A stretch of 64,000 nucleotides of DNA from Octopus sinensis (taxonomy: Eukaryota): NCBI RefSeq assembly GCF_006345805.1, contig NC_043012.1, forward strand, positions 53,692,001-53,756,000. The letters run 5' to 3'. This document shows positions 53,561 through 64,000 of this stretch, piece after piece; position 1 is the first letter of the stretch, and the number at the start of each line of letters is the position of its first letter. Made by a program: the position numbers and the translations under genes. The notes below the pieces were generated by a model that made no database searches, was not told the DNA's origin, and worked only from the letters and a program-made list of their open reading frames with translations.

Positions 53561-54953
53561 ACATATCCGTTTCCTTAAAGCCAGTAAGAAACACCGATCA
53601 GTTATATGTAAATGAAACCAAGGAAATTTAGTTAGTGTAAGATGTTAATTAGGTATGAATTGCACCATCTTAAGTAGATATTCCAATGTACTAAGAACGA
53701 AAATGATGACATCAAACAGATGAAAGTATTCACAAGTTAAAAGTTGCCAAGAATCAGTGTCAGATGATACTTTAGAAATATTAATATTACATGTTTTCCA
53801 AGTAATAACTTAAACTTTATCCTGAAAAAAATTCTTACAATTTTTTGTATTTTCTATTTTAACCGATTTGTATCAGTATCGCAAATCCGAATGAGTTGGC
53901 AAGAGATAATCTTTGAATTCTCGACGATATTCGTAAAAAAATTATTACGTTTTTAATATGTTGTTTGTCTGTTTAAATGGGGTACATCATTCTGAGTTAA
54001 AAAAACATATTCACGTCATTTTGATAAATGTTTAAGAAAAACATCCCAACAGGTTTATGCCATTTCAAAAACCCTTTGTACTTGCTTGAAAGGAATAATG
54101 AGAATTCACTTGTTGCCTGTCGAAAACCTGTGGTTATAAATCATTCAGCCACTTGGTAAACACCATTATATGGTTAAGTGATTAACTACAGCATGAAACA
54201 AACTAATGATTGTATTTCTGGAATATTCTGGTATATTTCAAATTATCTGAAGTTGAGCTACGTCCCGAGAGAGTCATTATGACAATAATAATCACACACA
54301 TTGTTTCAATTTCCCTTCTTTAATGTTATATGTCAATTGGTTAGCTATCAAATCAATTAACTAATTGGATGTTTGATTAATTATTCGGTAAACCAATGGA
54401 TCAGTTGTATTTACCAAAGTCCTTTTGTCACCATTCGTGACCTCTTCAATGGCTTACTGTCCCTACTCTAGGTCAGCATAAACCGAATGATTAACCAAAC
54501 AATTAATTGGAATACAATTCTCTAATTGGTTCAGCTCATTCACGGCGTTCATGCTGGGGCACTTCGTTCAAGAGATTTATCGACCATATTCACTCCATTT
54601 TTTCTAGAGCATTATTTATAATTCATCAACCACTATTTGTCGAACAGCTAATCTGCAAGTCGTAACCTTAAGTATTGGCTTAGACACGCGCGCACACGGA
54701 GGCATATATACATATATATGAGTGTGTGTGTGTGTTTATGTGTGTGCGTATGCGTAAGTGCGTATGATACACGTACACACAGATATATACATAATACATA
54801 CATACATGCAGACAGCTGTATATATATATAACGGGAAGCTTTATGAAAATAGACAAAAGACGAAGGCAGGTTTACGGAAATAAACAAAAGGCAGGTGGAA
54901 TACAAACAAACAATTGTATTAGTATGGCGCTCAGGAAATATAAATAAAACAAG

Positions 54954-54991
54954 TCTTTAACGTTTCGAGCCTACGCTCTTCAACAGAAAGA
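54954..54991 (-). ncRNA. Variant minimal hammerhead (same family as 36214)
   Basis: Minus: TCTTT-CTGTTGA-A-GAGCGTAGGCTC-GAAACGTT-AAAGA. Confidence 0.5.
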
Positions 54992-55269
54992 TACACAGAG
55001 AAGAAACACAGAAAGAAGGAGAGAAAAAAATGCGTGCAGAGGCTAGCGAATCAACATGGCGATCTGATTTCGGTCAGAAGTCAAAGATCAAACGTGAGAC
55101 ACAAGAGCGAAATTAGGGGAGATAATAGGGTTAAATGACCTCGCTCCAACATAAGAGTGTGTGTGTGTGTATGAGAAGAGTGTGTGTGTGTGTGTATGAG
55201 AGAGTATTAATGCGTATGAAAGGTCTGGACGTGTGTATGTATATATGATGTGATGTGTAAAGTCGTATG

Positions 55270-55640
55270 GTGTAGTGTAGAGAGAGAAGATGAAGGAAGA
55301 GGGGGAGAGAGGGGAGGGGAAAGGGGAGAAGAAAGGAGAGAAGAGGAGGGGAGAGAAGGGGGAGAAGGAAGGAGAGGAGAAGAGGAGGGGAGAGGAGGAG
55401 GGAGGAGAGAGGGAGAGGGGGAGAGAGAGAAGGGGAGTGAGGGAGCAGAGAGAAAGAGGGAAGGGGAAGAGGGAAGAAGGAGGGAGGGAGAAAGAAGGAA
55501 GAAGGGAAGAGGAGTAGGGGTGAAAGGATGAAGGACTGAAGAGAAGTAGGGGTCGGGGGGGAGGTTAGATGAGAAGGGGGGAGAGGGGGGTTAGATGAGG
55601 AGGGGGAGAGAGGTGTTAGATGAGGAGGGGGAGAGAGTTG
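55270..55640. repeat. G/A-rich polypurine tract with short GGTTAGATGAG repeats
   Basis: Direct reading. Confidence 0.9.
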
Positions 55641-55750
55641 AGACCAAATGGCGTATAAGAGCGAAGAGAGAAGATTAATTCCTGTTCACGGCGCAAAAGA
55701 ATATATATATATATTTATATATATATATATATATATATATACATACATAC

Positions 55751-55782
<32 letters not shown>

Positions 55783-55809
55783 CTGTGTGTCTGTGTGTCT
55801 GTGCCTGAA

Positions 55810-56117
55810 GGCGCGTGGCTTAGTGGTTAGGGCATTCGGCTCGCGATTGTAAGGTCGTGAGTTTAATACCCGGCGAAGTGTTTTGTCCTTGAACAAGACA
55901 GTTTATTTCACCTTGCTGCAGTCCACTCAGCTGACAAAAAGGAGTTGTACCTGTATTTCAAAGAGCCAGCCTTGTCACACTCTGTGTCACACTGAATCTC
56001 CCTGAGAACTACGTTAGGGGTACACAAGTCTGTGGATTGCTCACGTTAATTTCAAGAGCAATCTGTCCCGTTGATCGTATCAGCTGGGACTCTCGTCGTC
56101 GCACCCGACGGAGTGCT
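55810..56117 (+). mobile_element. tRNA-derived SINE family 2 (partial relative at 60120-60290)
   Basis: GGCGCGTGGCTTAGTGGTTAGGGCATTCGGCTCGCGATTGTAAGGTCGTGAGTTTAATACCCGG head; GTCCTTGAACAAGACA..CAGTCCACTCAGCTG body. Confidence 0.85.
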
Positions 56118-56514
56118 AGTGATATATATATATAAAGATAGTGGTTTTTTTCAATTTCAAAGAATGCTTTATCGATCGCATTCTCACCTGGAATCGATAT
56201 TTGTAATGTTTTCAAGACTTATACGCGCCCTGATATCGTCGGTATCTACACATCAAATTTGACCTGTTCACTGACAGCACAGAATTTTGACAGTGAACAG
56301 GTCACGGACTCAAAGCGACGAAAATATTTTGACAAATCAAATTTAAAGGAAGTGAATCTAACGGATTTTAAGTGTTTCTTAAATGGCTTATAAGCATCTT
56401 CCGCGCTGCAATTGTTTATATATATATATATATAATTTGGAAGAAATTGGCTTGTAGAAACTCGTGCATTTGTATCCATATATATGCAGGTATGTATTTA
56501 TATACATATATATT

Positions 56515-56611
<97 letters not shown>

Positions 56612-56632
56612 TATACATATATATATATATAT

Positions 56633-56671
<39 letters not shown>

Positions 56672-56672
56672 C

Positions 56673-56726
<54 letters not shown>

Positions 56727-58220
56727 ATATATATATATATATATAATATATATATATATCTATATATATATATATATACATAATATATACAATATATACA
56801 ATATATATAATATATATATATATAATTTATAGGCATATATGCATCCATACCTACATACATACGGAAACATGCATTTGCTCAAGTCATGGTTCTGAATTAC
56901 AAAACAGTCATGCTTCGGGTCTGTCTTCGAAATTATCATTTTATCATCTTTTAGAGAAATCGTTATTGTTTTAACTTAGTTTCCATTTTACAAAACGGTA
57001 GCCATATTTTTGTTTAAAATTTGAATATTTCAACTTGAATAATTCTAATGTTTAAATTTTCACCTCATGACTGCTATAACTGTTTAATTATTATTTTTGT
57101 TTCCTTGTGAAATTTATATGAGAGAGACAAATGTACTTTTCCATTTTGTGTATCAAGAATAACAATTTGGCCAATGTTTTATTCATTAGATCTAATTTAT
57201 CAAGTTTTTACTAAATTATATTTATTTTACAAGAAGCATCCAAAAAATTTTTTATTCAGTCTATCATAATCAGTAGTACTCGAGCATTAGATTATGGTAT
57301 CATAGCGTAAATAAAACCGAAATCAACTTCCGTTTATTCCTATCTTGGTATGCTTCGTTACTCCAGCTCATATTCAAGCTTATGTCTAAAAGACCTATTT
57401 ATCAAAGACCTATTTATCAGAGATTAACAATTTAATCATAGGAAATATGTTTTTTTTTTAATTTTCATATGAGTACATACAGATACATACAATCACAAAT
57501 ACATACTGAAATTCATAATATAACAAGGTTATGAAACGGCTGTAGTCATATGGAAGTAATGGCAAAATCTAACACCACGCCTTCGCCTTTCACACCTCCT
57601 GGCTTAATACGTTAATACATACATACATACATGCATACATACGTACGTACATACATACATACATACATACAAACATACGTACGTACATACATACATACAT
57701 ACATACGTGCATACAAACATACATACATACATATACATACATACATACATACATACATACATACATACATACATACATACATACATACTACTAAGAGCTT
57801 CACCAGATGAGTTGCATGGTAATATTGGTTCTTGTCAGATAAAGAGCTATATCATTATGTTTATAAATGAGAGATAGAATATGATGATTTAGGAAAGTAG
57901 ATTGGATATAGGACACAGGAAGTAACAAGACTTGCTCATAATAAATAAAAAATAATAGTTAATTCAAATTCAATATCAGAAAGACTAAGGTCTCTGCCTG
58001 ATGGAGTTTAGATAACCAAGTTTGGATAGTTATAGTCTACTTACTAGGTATCAGCCTGGATTTGTAAATCCTAATTACTTCATACTACACACATACACAC
58101 ACGCACACACGCTCTAAGATACACACGCATACATCTATATATATATACATGTATACATACAAATATACATCTATATATATATATGTATACATATATACAT
58201 ATATACATACAAACACACAT

Positions 58221-58252
<32 letters not shown>

Positions 58253-58261
58253 GTATCTTTC

Positions 58262-58483
58262 TTTTTCTTTTTACTTGTTTCAGTAATTTGACTGTGGCCA
58301 TGCTGGAGCACCGCATTTAGTCGAACAAATCGATCCCAGGACTTATTCTTTGTAAGACTAGTACTTATTTTATCAGAGTCTTTTTGCCGAACCGCTAAGT
58401 GACGGGAGCGTAAACACACCAGCATCGGTTGTCAGGCGATGTTGGGAGGGGGAACAAACACAGACACAAACATATACACACAC

Positions 58484-58538
<55 letters not shown>

Positions 58539-58703
58539 TACGAAGGGTTTCTTTCAGTTCCCGTCTACCAAATCCACTCACAAGGCTTTGGTCAGCGCGT
58601 GGCTATAGTAGTAGACACTTGCCTAAGGTACCATGCAGTGGAACTAAACCCGAAACCATGTGGCTTGTAAGCAAGCTACTTACCACACAAATACTCCTGC
58701 GCC
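58262..58703 (-). mobile_element. SINE family 1, full length
   Basis: Head, B box, (TA)n, tail. Confidence 0.9.
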
Positions 58704-58736
58704 TATATATATTATCTAGAGAGAGAGAGAAAGCGT

Positions 58737-58775
<39 letters not shown>

Positions 58776-59117
58776 CAAAAGGCTTAAGATAGTTGGGTGG
58801 GAAGATGGGGCTTTTCCCGAGAAGCACTCAACCCGAATATTGGTCTATAAACATTATCAGGATCCAAGCCAAGGCCGGAATACTTTTGGTGTAGAAAATA
58901 CAAGTTACATGACGAGATTATAACGTCATTTGCTTTGGCAAAGAGTAAATAATCCAATGAAAAGAAGACAAAGAAAATGCTTTTACTAATCTTAAATTAC
59001 ATGTTACACGTTTCTGTACCATCGCCATTTGCATCGCTAATTATACATACACGCACATGCAAACAGCTATATATATATATATATATATACAGTACACATA
59101 CAGATAAATCCATACAT

Positions 59118-59148
<31 letters not shown>

Positions 59149-59612
59149 TACCCACACGATCATATAGGTCTATCAGTACATACATAAATACATACATACA
59201 TACATACATACATACATACATACATACATACATACAACATACATACATACATACATACATACATATGTGTATATCCCGTATTCACACTTCTAATTTTCTT
59301 CCTTTTCATTTCCTCCGGATAATTTTATAACAAAAAGGTCTGATAGGCTGAGGAAGTGCCGCTCCAATGCCTAAAACCGCATATATTACGTAATTTTTCT
59401 TTTAGAATTTTCGCGTAACCTGGCGTTGCAAATGGGGATGGTACGGAGAATATCAGATACGGCTGGTTCGTAGGGTTACCCAGGGCTTCGCGTCCACCAG
59501 CCATTAGGGTCTGAGGAAACATGTATAAAACTAAGCGATCTAGGGACACGAAAGCATGGGTAACTCTATGAACTAACCATAATTAACACACACAGACACA
59601 CACATACACACA

Positions 59613-59653
<41 letters not shown>

Positions 59654-60015
59654 TTACAGATATAGGGTGAAAGATAATTAATTTAATAAAATCAACAAAT
59701 TTCACCTAGCAGTATTTCGGTATGGAAGAGGACCAGTACTCTTTGTGACTCACGTGGTAAAAAAATTTTGGAGGGAAATACGAATTCACTTGTCTATATA
59801 AATGTGGATATGCTGATTAGCTTTTATATATTCCGGTGACGCTTGGTCGGAAATATAAGAGGTAAATTTTCCTAGCTTTTCTAGATTTATTTACTGGAAT
59901 ATTATGTTGATAAAGGAAATTAATCTTATGATTTTAATCCAGAAACGTACGTCCATAATTAACCGAGGACTGTTTGATTTCATTTTTTTCTTTCGGTATG
60001 TGGTCATGTATTATA

Positions 60016-60117
<102 letters not shown>

Positions 60118-60521
60118 TCCAGACGACGCGTTGTGCCGTAGAGCAAAACACTTTATTTCACGTTCGTCCAGTCCACTCAGCTGGCTAAAAGCTGTCTGCG
60201 GAGTGCTCAGCCACTTGCACGTTAATCTCACGTTGTTCCGTTGATCGCATCAGCTGGGACTCTTGTCATCGTAAGCAACGGAGTGTTCCATATATATATA
60301 TACAGGTTATGAGAGGTAGTGGTGTCAAGAAGACCCAAAGGTGTCAGGTAATGCTGAGTAAGTGCTATGGACAGATTATAGTTAAGCTCCAGGTTCGGTG
60401 ATTATGCGAATGAGTAGTCCAATGTAGGTCATATATCAGCATGAGTATATACAAAAAAATTAACAGAATGAGAAAAAATATCCAAGAGTGTAAAAGATTT
60501 CAGAACATTAATAAAGAGATG

Positions 60522-60570
60522 GTCTTACAGCTGTTTCCGGAATGATTTTATATATGCCTTCATCGGAGAC
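60522..60570 (-). ncRNA. Type-I hammerhead candidate (U4C core, palindromic helix III)
   Basis: Minus: GTCT-CCGATGA-AGG..CCG-GAAACAGCTGTA-AGAC. Confidence 0.6.
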
Positions 60571-60896
60571 GGTGTGAGAAAATGGTTACGCAATAGTTAT
60601 TCTAGATACGATATGAGATAGAGAGTGAAGAGGATGAGTGAAAATAGACGTGAGATATGCAGGAATATTGTATATGCAGTTCTCTTATTTAGGCAGAATG
60701 GTATGCATATATGATTCATGTGCCTTGTGTGTAAGTTCCAATAGTATTTAAAATTGGTCATTCCAAGCATAGAGTTTGTAAGCGGTGTTATTGAATCTCT
60801 TTGTAAATGTTCTGAAACCTTTCACAGCCTTGGATTTTTATCTCATTCTGTTAATTTATATATGTATATATATATATATATATAAATATATATATA

Positions 60897-61250
60897 GGTG
60901 CAGGAGTAGCGGTGTGGTAAGAAGCTAGCTTCCCTGCCACCTGCTTCCTGCTTCTATTATAGCCTCGGGACGACCAAAGTTAGATGGGACTTGTTAGACG
61001 GAAACTGAAAGAAGCCCGTCGTATATAGATATATGCGTGTATGTGTGTATTTGTACGTCTCTGTTTGTCCCCCACAATCGATTGACAACTGATGTTGGTG
61101 TGTTTACGTCCCTGTAACATAGCGGTTCTGCATAGAGACCGATAGAAAAAGTACTAGGCTTACAAAGAATAAGTTCTGGGGTTGATTTGTTCGACTAAAG
61201 GCAGTGCTCCACCATGGCCGCAGTGAAATGACTGAAGTAAGTAAAAGAAT
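60897..61250 (+). mobile_element. SINE family 1 with internal deletion
   Basis: Head GGTGCAGGAGTAGCGGTGTGG, conserved tail. Confidence 0.85.
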
Positions 61251-61939
61251 TAAAAAATTATAGAATATATATATACGTATGTATGTATGTATGTATGTAT
61301 GTATTATGTATGTATGTATGCATGTATGTGTCTATGTGTATAAGTTTAAGTATATATGTATGATTCTACATGGCTTGATATCCGTCAGTTTCAACAATGA
61401 ATATTCAATTGTTCTCTCTGTTGAATTACCTGTTCTTTGTTTTAGTATGTAAGTGATTGAGCATTACACACACTCAGGCGCGCGTGCACAGATATACACG
61501 CACGCACACATTCATGCACACACATTCACTCATACACACATGCGAACACTTCTAAGCCATTAAATTGTTCATCTTTTCTCTTAAGCTTCTCTTTCTCGCT
61601 AATTACTCTTCTTAATTCTCAGCAACTGTCTTGTCGAAAATATAAAATTGATGAGAAAGAAACTATAAAATGAAGAAATTTTAAGGTATACCGAAAATTG
61701 ATTCAAGGTGTGAAGTGATGCAAAGAAAGTTTCTTTTGCCTGAATGATTTAAATTATATAACAATGCATCTTTTTAAAAATTAGCTGAAGGAAGGTAACA
61801 CAATATTAACAAAACAACGATGCTGCAGTTTCTTTTTGACCGTTTCCATACCAACAGATACTATTGAGCTAAATAGGACATCCCCGACACATATATCGAC
61901 ACCCAGATATTATTAAGGAATTTGCAGTCAAGAATAATT

Positions 61940-62357
61940 GGATCTTTTCGGTTTGAACGGCAGTTTTTTAATATAATTTCCACATAACTAAACACTTTTA
62001 AACTTCGTATACTGGTAAAATGTGTTTGTAAAACATCTTTTTCTCTTGGCTTTATTGAGAAAATTCTATAGTTTGTAAGATATTTGTTTTTTTTTCCTTC
62101 AATTTCTGCAATTTCAACCAATCAATGGCGTCTATTGAGGTGAAAACATTCTGTGCCGTATGAATATGTCCCTCGTTTAAGAAACAGATTGGGTTTATTT
62201 ACATTTCAGAAGAAAAAAAAAGATACCCTTTCCCCCACCCCTAACCCTAACCCTAAAACAGATTGAAATGCAATAGATCGATACTAGGGTCATAATTATG
62301 GGTAACAATTTCATATGACATCGCTAGAAAGAACCGCCGTTCAAACCGAAAAGACCC
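61940..62357 (+). mobile_element. Telomere-repeat MITE, perfect 8-bp TSD GAATAATT
   Basis: TIRs; TSD at 61932-61939 and 62358-62365. Confidence 0.92.
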
Positions 62358-62469
62358 GAATAATTATTTCAATAGGAAGCACTCAGATTATGTCCAGTTT
62401 CTCAAGATACTGCACAGTAAATATACAGCAGATAACTACTTCACATTGATGTTAATTTTTTTGTTTCGG

Positions 62470-62542
62470 TCCTCGGTAGTATAGTGGTAAGTATCCCCCG
62501 CCTGTCACGCGGGAGACCGGGGTTCGATTCCCCACCGGGGTG
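62470..62542 (+). tRNA. tRNA-Asp(GTC), variant or pseudogene
   Basis: TCCTCGGTAGTATAGTGGTAAGTATCCCCCGCCTGTCACGCGGGAGACCGGGGTTCGATTCCCCACCGGGGTG, close to the eukaryotic tRNA-Asp consensus; extra C before the anticodon stem, C-A mismatch in the T stem, U1-U72 mismatch; TTTT at 62561. Confidence 0.85.
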
Positions 62543-62567
62543 ACGTTAACGCTGTCTTTATTTTATA

Positions 62568-63662
62568 GGCGCAGGAGTGGCTGTGTGGCAAACTACTTCA
62601 CCCCATATGTTTGTCTGTCCTTGTATGTCCCCCTCTATGTAACGCCTTAATGGTGAATTTTCATGAAATAAATTAGCTTGCTAACCTCTGCCGTAGAAGG
62701 ACGTTTTTTTTTTGGCGGTGAGTCAAACGTTTTGTTGCACGTTGATAATGTTTCTATTGTTGAATGTTTATTGTTGAATATTTTCGAAATGTTGAACATT
62801 GTTGAACTTTGAAAGCTTTTGTGCTTTTTCCCGGTGACGGGAGAAAGTAATTATTGAAATATTGAAATTATTAATATTGAACTTATTAAAGCCGTTCTAG
62901 GCTTTATTGTCGTGAAGCGGGGATGGCATTTGAACTGTCATCCCCATTAAAAGGAAAAAAATATTATAGGCTTCCCGTTTTTTGGGATAAGCAATTTATT
63001 ATTGCGAGAAAAATTACATTTTAGCCGTTGTAGGCTCTATTGTGGCATCCGCCACTAGTGTGGGCGAGATTTGAACTGTTGTCCTCGTTGTGAGGGACAA
63101 AAATATTATAGGCTTCCCGTTTTGTGGGATTCTATATTTTATTATTGTGTGAAAAAAAAATTGATTTCGAACGTTGTGGGCTTTGTTGCTACGTCTCGCC
63201 CACCAGTGGAGGTGAGATTTGAACTGTTGTCCTTATGGTGAGGAAAAAATATTATAGGTGGCCCGTTTTGGGGATTCTGTATTTTTATTATTGCGTGGAA
63301 AAAAAAATTAATTTCGAACGTTGTCGGCTCTGTTGCTACGTCTCACACCCCAGCAAGGGTGGGATTTGAACTGTTGTCCTCGTTAAGAGGAGAAAAAAAG
63401 GAAAAAATTATAGGTTTCCCTTTTTCTGTATATATATATATATATATATATGTGGATGTGTGTGTTTGTCCCCCTCAACATCGCCTGACAACCGATGCTG
63501 GTGTGTTTATGTTCCTGTAACCTAGCGGTTCGGCAAAAAGAGACCGATAGAATAAGTACTAGACTTACAAAGAATTAGTCCTGGGGTCGATTTGCTCGAC
63601 TAAAGGCGGTGCTCCAGCATGGCCGCAGTCAAATGACTGATACAAGTAAAAAAGTAAAAAGA
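62568..63662 (+). mobile_element. Composite: SINE1 head (62568-62588) + LINE 3' stub (~62593-62673) + target TAGCTTGCTAAC + LINE 5'UTR with 4 monomers (62686-63428) + SINE1 3' half (~63455-63662)
   Basis: Stub aligns to 29732-29813; 5'UTR aligns to 25053-25655. Confidence 0.9.
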
Positions 63663-64000
63663 ATATAATATATGCAAAACAACTGTGCTTTAACGTTATC
63701 AATTCGTAGGACTGTCGTGCTGCAGAAGACTTGTTCTTTCTCATTGATTCTTCTAGAAAGGGCAGTCAAACTTTCATCATATCGCACGTATTCTACTGAC
63801 TTCGTTAAGGATAGATTAATTAATATAGTGCTACACCCTCTTCCACTGTTATTAGGATTCCTTTCATTCAAGCTCTGATAGATGTGGGTTGATATGAAAT
63901 TAACGATTAAACAATAATAGCTGTAATCCTCATGATTTGTTCATGTTGAAACAATATACTTCCGTGATATACCTTTTAAAAACATCAGACATTTTCTTTC

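Overview
AT-rich, microsatellite-dense animal genomic DNA. The SINE families and repeat landscape look cephalopod (Octopus-like); this is an inference. Host genes, both on +: (i) the last exons of an inter-alpha-trypsin inhibitor heavy chain (ITIH)-like gene (558-9296; GDPHF motif and C-terminal domain); (ii) a second, apparently disabled ITIH-like paralog (VIT-domain exons 38407-40796, a 5'-truncated frameshifted exon 46389-46735, a paralogous 24-nt micro-exon at 52511, and no vWA exons seen). There is one variant tRNA-Asp (62470-62542). The rest is mostly mobile DNA. A decayed Tx1-type LINE (25053-29813) sits inside a tRNA-derived SINE with a 12-bp TSD, and the same SINE site is hit twice more at 62568-63428, suggesting a SINE-targeting LINE. 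A ~560-bp element recurs in (AAT)n tracts (7 copies). A MITE with GG-starting TIRs, 8-bp TSDs and internal telomeric repeats has 4 copies. Also present: a Penelope-like remnant, several variant minimal hammerhead-ribozyme motifs, an RLE-endonuclease fragment, fold-back palindromes and many SINEs. Most ORFs in the supplied track are microsatellite translations.
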